Shown in pieces: positions 1 through 35,370 of a stretch of DNA of 38,623 bases. The stretch is from Octopus bimaculoides (Eukaryota). The notes under the pieces were generated by a model. It did no database searches. It saw nothing but the letters and a program-made list of their open reading frames with translations, and was not told the DNA's origin. Every line of letters starts with the position of its first letter. The first letter of the stretch is position 1. The position numbers and the translations under genes are program-made. The stretch lies in assembly GCF_001194135.2 (NCBI RefSeq), contig NC_068992.1:3360820-3399442 (forward strand), given 5' to 3'.

Positions 1-178
1 CTCTACCCGGAATTCATTACTGTACTCATTTCCAACCCTCACCTTACTGACAGCATCTCTGTACATGGCTCGCACAACTCTCACTAACCATTCTTCTATC
101 CCAAGTTTCCTCATTGACCACCAGATAAGGGATCGGGGGACCCTGTCAAAGGCTTTCTCCATGTCAACGAAAGCTATT
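1..178 (-). mobile_element. RTE-X-type LINE reverse transcriptase fragment
   Basis: Translates to IAFVDMEKAFDRVPRSLIWWSMRKLGIEEWLVRVVRAMYRDAVSKVRVGNEYSNEFRVE. Bases 1-93 are about 90% identical to 28152-28244 (9 mismatches counted by hand). Confidence 0.88.
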
Positions 179-590
179 TTCTATGCTGGCAAGAGTTGGT
201 TTGACTGGGGACTGGCAAGCCAGGGGGCTGCACCAGGCTCCAATCTGATCTGGCAGTGTTTCTACAGCTGGATGCCTTTCCTAATGCCAACCACTCCGAT
301 TGTAGTGGGTGCTTTTTATGTGCTACCAGCACAGGAGCCATGCGAGAAAATGTTTAATGCATTTAGTGATTTGTTGCAAGCTGAAAAATGAAAGATTTTG
401 AAAGATCAATGTGTGAAATTCTGTTTCAAATTGGGAAGAACATCAGCTGAAGGTGATCCGAAATCAGGACAATGAAAATTGTCATCAGATTGGCTATGAA
501 GTTCCTTATGATTTATAAAAAAAACAGATGCATTGTGCTGTTGTAAAATTGGTGTCACATCTGACAAATGAACAAAAAAAAACTACTTAA

Positions 591-740
591 CCCTATAGCA
601 TTTAAACTAGTCATATCTGGCCTCTCACAACTCCCCTACAATGTCATTTGAAAAATAATCATCAAAATCCCATGGTTGTGAGATAATGCATGATTAATAC
701 AAAACAATGTAAATAAATAAGCATTACTTTTGACAGACCA
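591..740. mobile_element. piggyBac-type MITE, family A, right end truncated
   Basis: TTAA|CCCTATAGCATTTAAA with the same interior. Cut off by the GAT-tailed repeat at 741. Confidence 0.7.
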
Positions 741-975
741 ATCATCATCATCATTTAACGTCCGCTTTCCATGCTAGCATGGGTTGGACGGTTTGACTGA
801 GGACTGGTGAACTAGATGGCTGCACCAGGCTCCAATCTGATTTGGCAGAGTTTCTACAGCTGGATACCCTTCTTAACGCCAACCACTCCGAGAGTGTAAT
901 GGGTGCTTTTACGTGCCACCGGCACGAAGGCCAGTCAGGGGGTACTGGCAACGGCCATGTTCAAAATGGTGTATT
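741..975 (-). repeat. GAT-tailed RTE-type 3' end repeat
   Basis: CATCAT...TTTAACGTCCGCTTTCCATGCTAGCATGGGTTGGACGG...GGATACCCTTCTTAACGCCAACCAC. There are at least 12 related copies in the window, including a partial one at 182-345. Confidence 0.85.
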
Positions 976-1891
976 TTACGTGAAGAGTTAAGTGTTGAAA
1001 GATGGGTGCATAGCAATGATGTTAAAACAAAAAGCATTGCAGCAGACGGGATCACTGTTTCCAAAAGCAAATGTTCTGAGGTATTTGAGAGAAGTAGTGT
1101 GAAAGAGGGGGGGGGGGCAGGGGCTGGGCAAACAAAATCTGATTGCTGCACCAGAACATAACCTGCTTATACATTACATTTGGGCAAAGAATAAGATGAC
1201 ATTTGTACCTTAGCCGCAAATTACTCTGGATTTGGCCGTTACAGACTTTTTATCTCTGAGGTGAACTCCACTCTGAAAGGTTGGGCATGTCAGATAATAG
1301 AAAACACTCGAACTGTAGAAAACTCTTGAAAATGCATTGCGAAATTTAAAAAAAAAAAGGAAAGGGCGTGATTAGTGTATCAGAGAGAGAGAGAATTAGC
1401 ATGCTTCAATTGTAAAACAATAACTTTGTTTCTTATAAAAAATACAGTTTCTTCCTGGAAAAGCCTCATATCACATAATATAAGGTTTGTACAAACAACA
1501 AACAACATAAATACATCCTCCACCTTCATCCTCAAGGAACACAGAAAGAGTACACAATAACAAAAAATTAATAATAGTGGAGAATTATTTATTTGAGACT
1601 ATTCTGTTGACAGAATGCTTACAATTCAGTTAGTTGTGCAATGACAGGAGAAACACTGAAAATTTATTTTGAGATTTTTTTTTTTTTTTTTAGCTTCTGC
1701 CAAAAATGTATAAATCTTGACATTTTAAATGTATATATTTTCGTGACTACAACAAAGAATTCCACTCACACAAATATGCATACATACACACATCCAAAGT
1801 AAATAAACTGTAGTTATGACTGTGAATGGGAGAATTAGAGAGAATATGTATGTACTCCACTTTGTGTCAAATGATTCAACCACACTGTTAA

Positions 1892-2106
1892 CCCTTTTGT
1901 AACCACATCTCATTTGAAATACATTGCCTTTGTTTCAATTAATGTTTTTAAAAATAATGAGCGATTTAGTAATATAATTAAGCTGGTGTTTGGAGCATAA
2001 ATTAGCATACAAGTTTGATGGAAGATTTTAATTTAGATCACTTTGAAACAGGAAGTTTGTATCATAGAACCAAACATGGTCCCAGACAGGTTAGTAATCA
2101 AAAGAG
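1892..2106. mobile_element. piggyBac-type MITE, family B-like
   Basis: TTAA|CCCTTTTG...CAAAAGAG|TTAA. Shares GGAAGATTTTAATT with the 15638 copy. A reversed, diverged relative lies at about 8857-9071. Confidence 0.7.
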
Positions 2107-3396
2107 TTAATAATGTAGAATCCTGTTACTGTTATTTAAAGAACTATGAATTAAGCATATACGTCACTAACATGTAGACCATTGTCCTTGTTAGTAGAAT
2201 CCTTTTGTTAACTTACGTTTGCGCTTATTTTTTAAAAATTTAATTTGTAACGTCCTTAATACAATAAATGTAAGTAGACCAATTTCCATTGCTTTGTTTC
2301 AAAATGATTTCAAGTAAACGTAAACAAATTATAAAAGAATGTGTACGGATAAGAAGCAGACACTTAACAATTGGACAATTTCTATTTATGTATGTATGTG
2401 CATGTGTGCTCTCAATAAATTTTCGGAACCCCACCACCCGCCGACTTGAAGTTTCTTTTTATAAGTCCCAGGTCTTCAATTTTGTGGAAAAGGGAACAGA
2501 TGATAATATCAACACCCAGAAAGATGAAAAGCAAAGTTGATCTTGACAGGATTTTATAAATTAATCAATATACCCCCTAAACTGAAATTAATTTGTAGCT
2601 GTTTAGAACAAAAAACTGTGTTCCCTTACCAAGATAATTTTTCAGGATAATTAAAAGATAGCTTGCAAAATATAGGCAGAAAGACAAGAAATAAAGTAGT
2701 AACAATCAAAAATATTAAAGCTCCAACAGTTCTTCATGTCATTGGAAATGCTTCTAGAGAAAAAAAGGTAGATATCTATTTCTAATTTCAGTTTTAACCG
2801 AAGGAAAACAAAACAAACAAACTAAGGATGATGCTGGAGGGAAGTTGAAGACCAATAATAAAACAAGTCTTAACAAGAATACTGTTATCAAAAAAGTTTA
2901 AGGCAAAATAAAAAATTATACAAACACATCCACACACATACATATATATGTACGAAATAAATTGGAGGTGAAAGGAATACTGAAAGAAGTTTCTTAAATA
3001 GGAAATTATAATCTCTAATTGACCCTGCCTTAATCAACCTGGAACTTTCATAGTAACAGGATAACTGAAATGAAGGATATAATTGACTGTACTCCACATT
3101 TTACAGTTATATTCATAGACCCCAGAGGGGTCACCTTTAGATTTGGCAAGGTCACCTTTAGATTTGCACTTCCAGTGTAATGAGACTTAGTCTCAAGGAA
3201 TTTCTAGCAGTTTCTATCACTTTATTACCATAACATTTGAGAATGAAGATCTTTTTTAACAAAGTGGAGTATATAGATATAATCCAAAATAATGATATAC
3301 AATAAAAAGGTATACAATAATAAGCAGAAGGTAACTAGTATCTGTTATAAATGAGTGAAACAGGAATTGATGATATTTTCATTGTGACCCTCGTTT

Positions 3397-25949
<22,553 letters not shown>

Positions 25950-26310
25950 TTTGTAATAAATTGTTATTTTAGTGTCAAGGTAGAAGAATATGAAACAAAG
26001 AACAAGACGAACGTGCTAGAAACAGCGGCAGAGTGTGATATATATATAATATGAGACAATGAGAGAAAGAAAGAGGGTGAGGGACAACGTGCGAGATTCC
26101 TCCTTTGCTAATAAGAGAGAGAGAGAGAAAGAGAGAGGGTGAGTGAGTGAAGGAGTAAGTAAGTAAGGGAGTGAGTGAGAGGATGGAGCGCGCCCAATTT
26201 CTGTTCACATGTGTTTGAGGAGGAGAAAAATTGCGGTTGGTCGATTTGCTGCTGTTCTATCATCTGATCCTACAATTGCACGCTTACGTTAAATAAATAC
26301 ACACACACAC
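25950..26310 (-). promoter_or_regulatory. Probable 5' UTR and promoter of the ZFR-like short transcript
   Basis: CT-rich leader on the minus strand and CpG clusters (GCGCGC near 26188) immediately upstream of the inferred first exon. Confidence 0.4.
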
Positions 26311-28002
26311 ACANNNNNNNNNNATATATATGTTTATATTTATCAGAAAGTAATTAGTTAATTCTACACTTGTCTGGTTGTTAATTAACAACAAAGCAAC
26401 ATATAGTCTGTTTAGTGTAATTGTTACATGGACATGGTTCTTTATTTCACAATTACATCCTTCCGTTATAGAAATTCTTGGTAATTCTGTATCGTAACCG
26501 AGTAGATTTTAATAAAATGATCTTCAGAATATTGCTATTGCAATTTTGAATTATGATATTAATTTAAAGTTAGTGCATAAATTGAGAAATGCAGCAGAAA
26601 CGGATAACGGAACACGGACTATTTTTCATAATCACCAACAATAAAAACAACACCGTTTTTAGTTAATACCTTCTGGTTATCTCCCTTGTAAGAACTCTAA
26701 AAAATGTGGAAAATGCAATTAAAAATGTTAATATGTGATTCATGTAAATGTATATATGTATATATGTTCACACGATCAAACAAAAATAACCTACTTATTA
26801 TTTTACGCATCAAGGACGAAGTAGTGCAAGATGAAAAATTAGAGACATAAGTCTTAAACAGAATTCCATTCATAATTTCAAATATGAATTATCACTTTGC
26901 TAATACTTTTATGTTTCCTTTGTTCTGATAACAAATATTTTATTTTCTACAGTATATTCTTTAATAAGTTGACTAAATTTTATTGTTGATTAATGAAAAA
27001 AAAAATTTTTTTTATAATGTTTAATAACCTACTTTTAAGCGTTATTCGTTCCTCTAATTCAGAATAGCCAAGTTTATTTTTGTACGTTTGTATTTTCTAT
27101 CATTTTCATTGTCACATTTATGTTCCAAAAGCGAAAACTCGCCGCCATGCTGCGTGTAGTTTGAATCAAAAACTTCAGAATTAAAATAAATACCATACAT
27201 CGATATATATAAAAGTTTGGTGATGCAAACAGGAAAAATAGAACTATAAAGTTAGTGTAGGGTGGGCGGGGCAGAATGTGTAATATTTTTGCACTTTTGA
27301 CTTTGAGTAAAAAATACATTTTTTTAATAAAATGTATGTACAAAAATTATATCAGTTAAATAGTCTTCTCAAAATGCATTGAAAACACTGTAATATATTC
27401 AGAACATTATTTCAGAAAATTATCACCGTTCGCTTTGAATATATAACAGACAAATTTTGTTGGGGCAAAATGAGTAAGACAAGATAGGTAAATTTGCTTC
27501 TTCAATTCTCCGAATTTAAATTTGAGAAAAGACACATACACATCAATATCCATTCTTAGACATTAGAAATATTAAAAACGAAAATTTAAAATATCTAGGT
27601 CAAATGTAAGAGGTGCATGGAAAAATGGCACTCAATCGAATCCAAAATCTCAAAGTGAAATATTCGGTGCTAGTATAGTATGCGGTCTACCACGTTGTCA
27701 AACAGTATAGCCAGGGTTCAGTTAATAAAAGGAATCCAATTTTTCCATTATACGGACATTAACAATAAATTAAACTGTAAGCTGAGCCTGAGATTTTAGA
27801 ACTAATATTTTTCTAACCCAAGACTACAACTGTGACTCTAACAGGAAATCTAAAAATACAAAAAACTGACTGATTTAATATGTGCCACGAGGTGTGTGGA
27901 GCCATAGTTTATCATGTATGATGAGAGAAGATAGATAGAACAAACGATAACCCCATTCCGATCGACGGAGCAAGATTTGCTGATCGACGAAAATACAACT
28001 TC

Positions 28003-28244
28003 TCTAGTTCTGATAGTGACTCAGCAATTAGGGCAAGGTCATCAGCATAGAGGAGCTCCCAGGGGCATCCCATCTTGAATTCCTGTGTTATTGCCTGGAG
28101 GACTATGATAAATAGGAGGGGGCTGAGGACTGAACCTTGGTGGACCCCTACCTCTACCCGGAATTCTTCACTGCACTCGTTGCCAACCCTCACCTTACTG
28201 ACAGCGTCCCTGTACATGGCTTGCACAGCTCTCACTAACCATTC
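28003..28244 (-). mobile_element. RTE-X-type LINE RT fragment running into the assembly gap
   Basis: EWLVRAVQAMYRDAVSKVRV...GVHQGSVLSPLLFIIVL...LLYADDLALIAES with an intact YADD motif. Confidence 0.92.
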
Positions 28245-28872
28245 NNNNNNNNNNNNNNNNNNNNNNNNNNNNNNNNNNNNNNNNNNNNNNNNNNNNNNNN
28301 NNNNNNNNNNNNNNNNNNNNNNNNNNNNNNNNNNNNNNNNNNNNNNNNNNNNNNNNNNNNNNNNNNNNNNNNNNNNNNNNNNNNNNNNNNNNNNNNNNNN
28401 NNNNNNNNNNNNNNNNNNNNNNNNNNNNNNNNNNNNNNNNNNNNNNNNNNNNNNNNNNNNNNNNNNNNNNNNNNNNNNNNNNNNNNNNNNNNNNNNNNNN
28501 NNNNNNNNNNNNNNNNNNNNNNNNNNNNNNNNNNNNNNNNNNNNNNNNNNNNNNNNNNNNNNNNNNNNNNNNNNNNNNNNNNNNNNNNNNNNNNNNNNNN
28601 NNNNNNNNNNNNNNNNNNNNNNNNNNNNNNNNNNNNNNNNNNNNNNNNNNNNNNNNNNNNNNNNNNNNNNNNNNNNNNNNNNNNNNNNNNNNNNNNNNNN
28701 NNNNNNNNNNNNNNNNNNNNNNNNNNNNNNNNNNNNNNNNNNNNNNNNNNNNNNNNNNNNNNNNNNNNNNNNNNNNNNNNNNNNNNNNNNNNNNNNNNNN
28801 NNNNNNNNNNNNNNNNNNNNNNNNNNNNNNNNNNNNNNNNNNNNNNNNNNNNNNNNNNNNNNNNNNNNNNNN

Positions 28873-29335
28873 GAAAATGGGGTGGTGGGGGGACAGGCGG
28901 AAGTCTTTCCCAATTCTTTTTTTCAGAATCATAATCTCCATGTTTTTCTACGTATTTCGCCAAATTTTTTTTTTTTTAAAGTGAAAATTAAAAAAATGGG
29001 GGAATGGGGAGAATTAAAATTTCAAAATGCTTTTTTTTTTGTAGATTCGGAAACTCCGCCATCGATATAGTGTGTTCCCGTCAAAAAAAAAAAAAAAAGC
29101 AAAAAATCCCAAAGTGAGTGCGGTCCTTGATATTTACTTCCGTGGGAATACCACACTTGAAGTTCTTCGAAATTGGTTTTATGTTTTCTGTAACCTAAAC
29201 GAATGCCACCTGGCGGTTAACGAAATTGTGGATCTCGAGTTACCCCCCTTACATTTTCTTGGAAATAATTCAGGATGTGACTGGTTCCTCTTTAAATTAT
29301 TCTTCTTTGTCGATGGAAGGAATTCAGAACCAACA
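28873..29335 (+). promoter_or_regulatory. Probable promoter and 5' UTR of C3orf38 with two ETS-type motifs
   Basis: GCGGAAGT at 28897-28904 and ACTTCCGT at 29136-29143, in CpG-retaining DNA directly upstream of the ATG. The TSS cannot be determined from sequence. Confidence 0.45.
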
Positions 29336-29459
29336 ATGAATTTTACAGAAAAGCAGAAAACAGGTTGTCGTGAACTACTTAACCAATTCGATTATGAAGT
29401 CATTCTGTCGCTGTCGAACACAGTAACTAGAAAATCTATTTCTGTGGTCAGCAGAAAAG
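29336..29459 (+). CDS. C3orf38: C3orf38 homologue exon 1 (MNFTEKQKTGCRELLNQFDYEVILSLSNTVTRKSISVVSRK)
   Basis: ATG at 29336. Resembles the human C3orf38 N-terminus ([27 protein letters not shown]) as I recall it. Donor AAG|GTAGAA, phase 1. Confidence 0.85.
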
Positions 29460-29673
29460 GTAGAATTCTTTATTTACATTCACTTCAAAACTATCCAACT
29501 ATCTCGTCAGGGGATCATGTACCTGGAAATAATAATAATTATAGTTATAATTATAACACTCTAAACGTTTTATTTATTGGAAGTTAATTAAATTTCTGGT
29601 TATAGAGTGGCGAATCGTTTCGTATCCAGAGAGCGCTTAGGCGGACTCCAGTGACCGGGGGTTATATATATAT

Positions 29674-29718
<45 letters not shown>

Positions 29719-30839
29719 NNNNNNNNNNNNNNNNNNNNNNNNNNNNNNNNNNNNNNNNNNNNNNNNNNNNNNNNNNNNNNNNNNNNNNNNNNNNNNNNNN
29801 NNNNNNNNNNNNNNNNNNNNNNNNNNNNNNNNNNNNNNNNNNNNNNNNNNNNNNNNNNNNNNNNNNNNNNNNNNNNNNNNNNNNNNNNNNNNNNNNNNNN
29901 NNNNNNNNNNNNNNNNNNNNNNNNNNNNNNNNNNNNNNNNNNNNNNNNNNNNNNNNNNNNNNNNNNNNNNNNNNNNNNNNNNNNNNNNNNNNNNNNNNNN
30001 NNNNNNNNNNNNNNNNNNNNNNNNNNNNNNNNNNNNNNNNNNNNNNNNNNNNNNNNNNNNNNNNNNNNNNNNNNNNNNNNNNNNNNNNNNNNNNNNNNNN
30101 NNNNNNNNNNNNNNNNNNNNNNNNNNNNNNNNNNNNNNNNNNNNNNNNNNNNNNNNNNNNNNNNNNNNNNNNNNNNNNNNNNNNNNNNNNNNNNNNNNNN
30201 NNNNNNNNNNNNNNNNNNNNNNNNNNNNNNNNNNNNNNNNNNNNNNNNNNNNNNNNNNNNNNNNNNNNNNNNNNNNNNNNNNNNNNNNNNNNNNNNNNNN
30301 NNNNNNNNNNNNNNNNNNNNNNNNNNNNNNNNNNNNNNNNNNNNNNNNNNNNNNNNNNNNNNNNNNNNNNNNNNNNNNNNNNNNNNNNNNNNNNNNNNNN
30401 NNNNNNNNNNNNNNNNNNNNNNNNNNNNNNNNNNNNNNNNNNNNNNNNNNNNNNNNNNNNNNNNNNNNNNNNNNNNNNNNNNNNNNNNNNNNNNNNNNNN
30501 NNNNNNNNNNNNNNNNNNNNNNNNNNNNNNNNNNNNNNNNNNNNNNNNNNNNNNNNNNNNNNNNNNNNNNNNNNNNNNNNNNNNNNNNNNNNNNNNNNNN
30601 NNNNNNNNNNNNNNNNNNNNNNNNNNNNNNNNNNNNNNNNNNNNNNNNNNNNNNNNNNNNNNNNNNNNNNNNNNNNNNNNTTTAACTTCAAACTTCATTT
30701 GTTTTCTATTTTGATAAATTCTCTCTGTTGAAAATTTTTATAAATAATTTGCAATTTCAGGAAATATGTTTTTATATTAAATTTGTGTTTTCTACTCACG
30801 ACTAGCTAGCGCGGACGCGCGAACTTTCGAGTAATAGAT

Positions 30840-30874
<35 letters not shown>

Positions 30875-31480
30875 TATAGCTCGCTCCAGCCAGTCATGGT
30901 ATTAGCTGTCAGTAGCCAAAGAATCGACAGGCCAGCAACAGACAGGCAGACAGGCAGACAGACGTGAGCACTTTCACTTCTGACAGCAAATAGCATGATA
31001 GTGCCGAAAAATGTTTTCCGAACAGAGGGGAGCGGAGTTTCGAAAAATTCCCATATCGGCTTTGTTTCTTCGCTAAATTTTCTACATATCAGATCGCCGG
31101 ATCACCTATACCAAAACGAAAGGTCACCTATGCTTCAGATAGTGTAGGTTTTGATTATATAGGAATTTGGGCACTGTCATGGTAATTTATTTTTTTTCTT
31201 TGAAAACTGAAATCTGTATATATAAAAGGCGGGATGTGTGTTTGTAGGTGAATGTAATTCATGAGTCTAACCAACATTACTTACCTGAACTTCACCCATG
31301 GACTCTGCTGCATGGAAATAGAAAGAGAAACCCTTTGTTAAAGATGTAACTATGCCTTTAACAATTTCAGGTTCCTTTCTACGTCTCACTGGAAAGGAAG
31401 AAAGTAATATAAATGAATAACAGAACAATTTTTCTGTAATTAATGCAAATGTGATTTATTTATTTTTGTTTACATTGCAG

Positions 31481-31704
31481 AGGCTATTGAAGCCATCCTC
31501 TCGTTTTCTATGTCAGCAAATGAACTTTTGGGCCGACAGAAAATCACACGAGACTTCTTGATGCAGTATCTTTTCAGCCAACGTCTTTCAGTGTCTGGTA
31601 ATTCTTCTAAACAGGAATTAATTTCTCGAATTTTAGAATATTGGTCTGGAGAAAAGATTTCTTATCCTGCAATTCAATCCCCAACCAGGGAACACACCCA
31701 TTGG
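31481..31704 (+). CDS. C3orf38: C3orf38 homologue exon 2 (EAIEAILSFSMSANELLGRQKITRDFLMQYLFSQ...ISRILEYW...THW)
   Basis: Acceptor acattgcAG in phase 1 continues exon 1 in frame. Resembles [30 protein letters not shown]...YW. The donor TGG|GTAATT (phase 0) is less certain than the acceptor. Confidence 0.85.
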
Positions 31705-32658
31705 GTAATTTTCTGACCTTTTCTTTTTTTTAATTTTCTCTAATTTTGGATGAAGGTCAGCAATTTTCAGGAGAGGGCTAAGTCGATTACATTAACCCCA
31801 GCTCTCCATTGGTAATTATTTTATTGACCTCGAGAGGCAAAGTTGACCTTAGTGGCTTAGCATTTTGTCTGGCACATTAACAGTTTTATCAGCTGCCTTC
31901 TTTCTTTTTTTAATTATTGACTGTCAGCTACCTAATCAAGACTATTCATCATACCTCAACATAGTGTACAACACATCCCACCTCCGAAACTCTTTGATAT
32001 ACTTCAGTTCATCTAACTATTTAGAGTTCTCCCAGAGTTTTGCAAGCTGTCCCTGGCACTAGATCTGCGTCACTCTTGATCCATCTGAGACAGCTAAGCA
32101 CAAGACTTTGATGTGTTTTTCTTTACATCCCCTACACAACAAAACTACATAACAGCCCCAAACTTCCAGGTGGTCCACACGCAGGTGTACCGTACCTATA
32201 CTAGTGAACAGCAATACCTAGAGGAAAGACCTGACTGTCACCAACTGGATAGTATTTACCCATTTTTAAAATACCTTCAAAACTGCCATCTGCAAAGCAA
32301 ACATTAGTTTTGTATATCACACATCCTGCAAGTTCTTTCCCCTCCTGAAATTCACTTGGTCCTTTTGACTCAGAAACAAAAGATTATCCACCATCTTTGT
32401 AGAATTCTCCTATGCATTAATTTCCAATGAAGAGGGCTCTGTAAGCAGTGCTCACATTTGTGTAGAAAACATTTGCACTTGCTGTCACTTTTTTTTACGG
32501 CTCTGTAATTCACATTCTTTGCAATTACTCATCCAAAACTTCCTCTTTTCAGTCAAATGTCATATGTGTTCAGCATTGTCCTACCTTCAATATATAACTG
32601 TCTCAACTTGACTAGGTACACTGTGTCTCATCTTCACTCTCTCTCTCTCCTCTCTTTC

Positions 32659-32780
32659 TACATACATACATACATACATATGTACCTACATGTGTACATA
32701 CATATATACATACACACATATATTTATACATACATATATACATACATACATACACATTTATACATACATACATACATACA
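32659..32780. repeat. (TACA)n imperfect microsatellite at the 3' end of the RTE LINE
   Basis: Imperfect tetranucleotide run directly adjoining the LINE 3' UTR. Confidence 0.9.
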
Positions 32781-32789
32781 TGATGACCA

Positions 32790-35370
32790 TCCACTTGTGA
32801 CCGAGGAAGACCATTGCTGACTTTTAGGAACATTGTGCGCTGTACGACTAACTTATATTTTGCGTTTGCAGCTCCGTTGGTGGCTAATGAGCCCTGCTCT
32901 TGACAAGCATACACGACTGCAAACATTGCAGACCAAGCTTTCCCCATTCACTACAACCAGCAGTGTGATTACGAGCAGCATGTTTAAGTTCTTCATGCAG
33001 AATATGTGCTCTCTCAGAAGTGTCGACCCCCTCCTTAACCTGTTTCCTCCATCTGTGGTGATGACAGGTATTGTTCTCCCAGTCAGTTTCCTGCTTAAAT
33101 CGCAGCCTTGGTTTCTGCCAGGGTCTCTTTCCATTCACAAGTTCCCCATAGAACATCTGCTTAGGGATCCTGCTATCTTTCATTCTAATAAGGTGTCCAG
33201 TCCAACATAACCGGTGCTTGTGCACCATCGCCTCAATACTCAAGATATCAGTTGTCCTCAGGACCTGTGTGTTTGGAGTTTTTAAGGTCCAGCCAACATT
33301 CAGAATGTGTCTGAGACATCTCTGATGAAAGTGTTCAAGGACCCTTACATGACGTTTGTAAAGGGTCCAAGTCTCGCATGAGTAAAGGAACAATGTCAGT
33401 ACTCATGCATGTTACACAGCAATTTTTGTTTGCCTTGTAATGCCATGCTGAGACCAGACACGAGACTGGAAGGAATTAGTTGCTCTCTGCAGCCTGAAAG
33501 ATATTTCATCATCCAGGACACAAGAACGGTTGAGTCTGCTGCCCAGGTAGACGAACTTGTCTACCACTTTCAGAATTGTTCCTTCAACCAAGATAGCTGG
33601 TTCCACATGGATTTCCTGGTGCAGGTTGGAACATTACAACGGTCTTGTCCAGGCTAATGATGAGTCCAAATGCTTTGCAAGAAGCAGAAATATCATTCAT
33701 AAGTATTTGCATGTCATCCACTGTATGAGTGACTAAGTTACAGTCATCTGCGAAAAGAGGTCACAAATAAGAGACTGGAAAACTTTTGAATTGGCGAAGA
33801 TTAAAGAGGCGGTCAGAAGATCGATACCTGACAACATATATTCTCAGAGAGCTAACCTTGGCAAAAGCATGAGTAAAAGCAGCAGCAAAGTACAAAGAAA
33901 ATAGAGTTGGGACAAGGATGTCACCCTGCTTGACATCATTCTCTACAGGAATGGGTCCCAGCATGCCACCACCAACATTGACCCAAGCCTCCATCCCATC
34001 ATGAAATGATTTAATTATAGATACAAAGTGATCCGGACATTCAAGTTTGCCAAGTATTTTCCATAGCAAGGCCCTATTCACAGTATCAAAGGCCTTCATT
34101 AAATCAATGAATACCTGGACAAGATCCATATTCTGCTCATAGCACTTCTCCTGCATCTGTCTTGCTGTGAAAATCATATCCATTGTCCTTCTACCAGATC
34201 GGAAGCCACATTGAGATTCAGATAGGACATCATTTACGAGACACCCATTCAGACGAGTAAGAAGAATATTTGCCAGAACCTTGCCAGCAGCTGATAGTNN
34301 NNNNNNNNNNNNNNNNNNNNNNNNNNNNNNNNNNNNNNNNNNNNNNNNNNNNNNNNNNNNNNNNNNNNNNNNNNNNNNNNNNNNNNNNNNNNNNNNNNNN
34401 NNNNNNNNNNNNNNNNNNNNNNNAATTGCATCCTTCCAGTCCTTAGGGATTGCACCATCCCTCCAGACTGCACTAATAAGTTCATGAAGGGACTGTGTGA
34501 TGTAATTACCACCAAATCGCAAGACCTCAGCACAAATTCCATCCTTGCCAGGTGCCCTACCAAGATTCAATTTACTTATTGATGTCATTACTTCATCTAT
34601 TGAGGGTGTAGAATTTAAGGAGCCAATGATAGGTCTTTGTTGCATAGTATCAATCACTGTTTCATCCACAACTGACTCATGGTTTAGGAGTTCAGAGAAG
34701 TGTTCGATCCAGCGACCTGTGATTTCTGTTGATTTAGTAAACAGGGTGGAAGACTCCTTGCAAAGCAAAGGAGCTGATGTGGAGCTCTTAGGTCCATAAA
34801 CTTGCTTCATAAGATGGTAAAGCTTCTTGCTGTCATTTGCATCAGCAGCAGTCTAAACATCACAAGCAAGATCCTCCCACCAAGTGTTCTGCATCTTTCT
34901 GAGAGATTGCTGCAGTCGTGATTTTACACTGCTATAGTGGGCTAGATTTTTTTGCTGCACAACACAAAGTCCTCTGTGCAGCAATACATTGTGGGCATGG
35001 CACTTTACAGCCAATAGTCACTGAACTTCAGCATCATTTTCATCAAACCAGTCTCTGTGTCTGGCAGTAGTATATCCCAGTGTTTCAGCAGCACATTGAA
35101 GAACCTGGTCTCGAAAATCTTCCCATGCTGCAGTATTTTCAATGCTGGATAAGTGAGTCTGAAGCTCTTTCCTCAACGCAACATCATATATCTTTTAGAC
35201 ATTTAGATGTTGAGGAATGCCAACTGGCCCTCTTCTCTCTTTCACTCTAATCATCATCCAGAACTTTGCTCGTACCAGACTGTGGTCTGGCCAGCATTCC
35301 AATCCATGAAAGGACTTGACATTACAAATGTCATGGATGTCATGCTTGCGGATAATCACATAATCCAGCA
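32790..35370 (-). mobile_element. RTE-clade LINE (end of APE endonuclease, RT, C-terminal CCHH finger), frameshifted, antisense in C3orf38 intron 2
   Basis: LDYVIIRK...DCWPDHSLV-like endonuclease end; GRAPGKDG, QCGFRSGR, FIDLMKAFDTVNR, VKQGDILVPTLFSL, LFADDC (FADD at 33754-33743); YSCETWT, HQRCLRHIL; CNVCSRVCLSRAGLISHQRSC. The 3' end abuts an (ATGT)n tract and the 5' end enters the gap. Confidence 0.93.

Noticed and set aside
27074-27150. ATGGCGGCG on the minus strand and GCCGCCATG on the plus strand as possible gene starts
   Set aside because: The frames close after 24 and 5 codons, with no recognisable homology or usable donor.
27912-30698. Long ORFs of 240-363 aa in the ORF track, and similar ones at 35195-36170
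   Set aside because: These are artefacts of reading through N runs. Only the RT fragment and the C3orf38 exon edges are real.
31870-32560. Possible decayed L1/Tx1 3' fragment on the minus strand
   Set aside because: I could not read any diagnostic motif with confidence.
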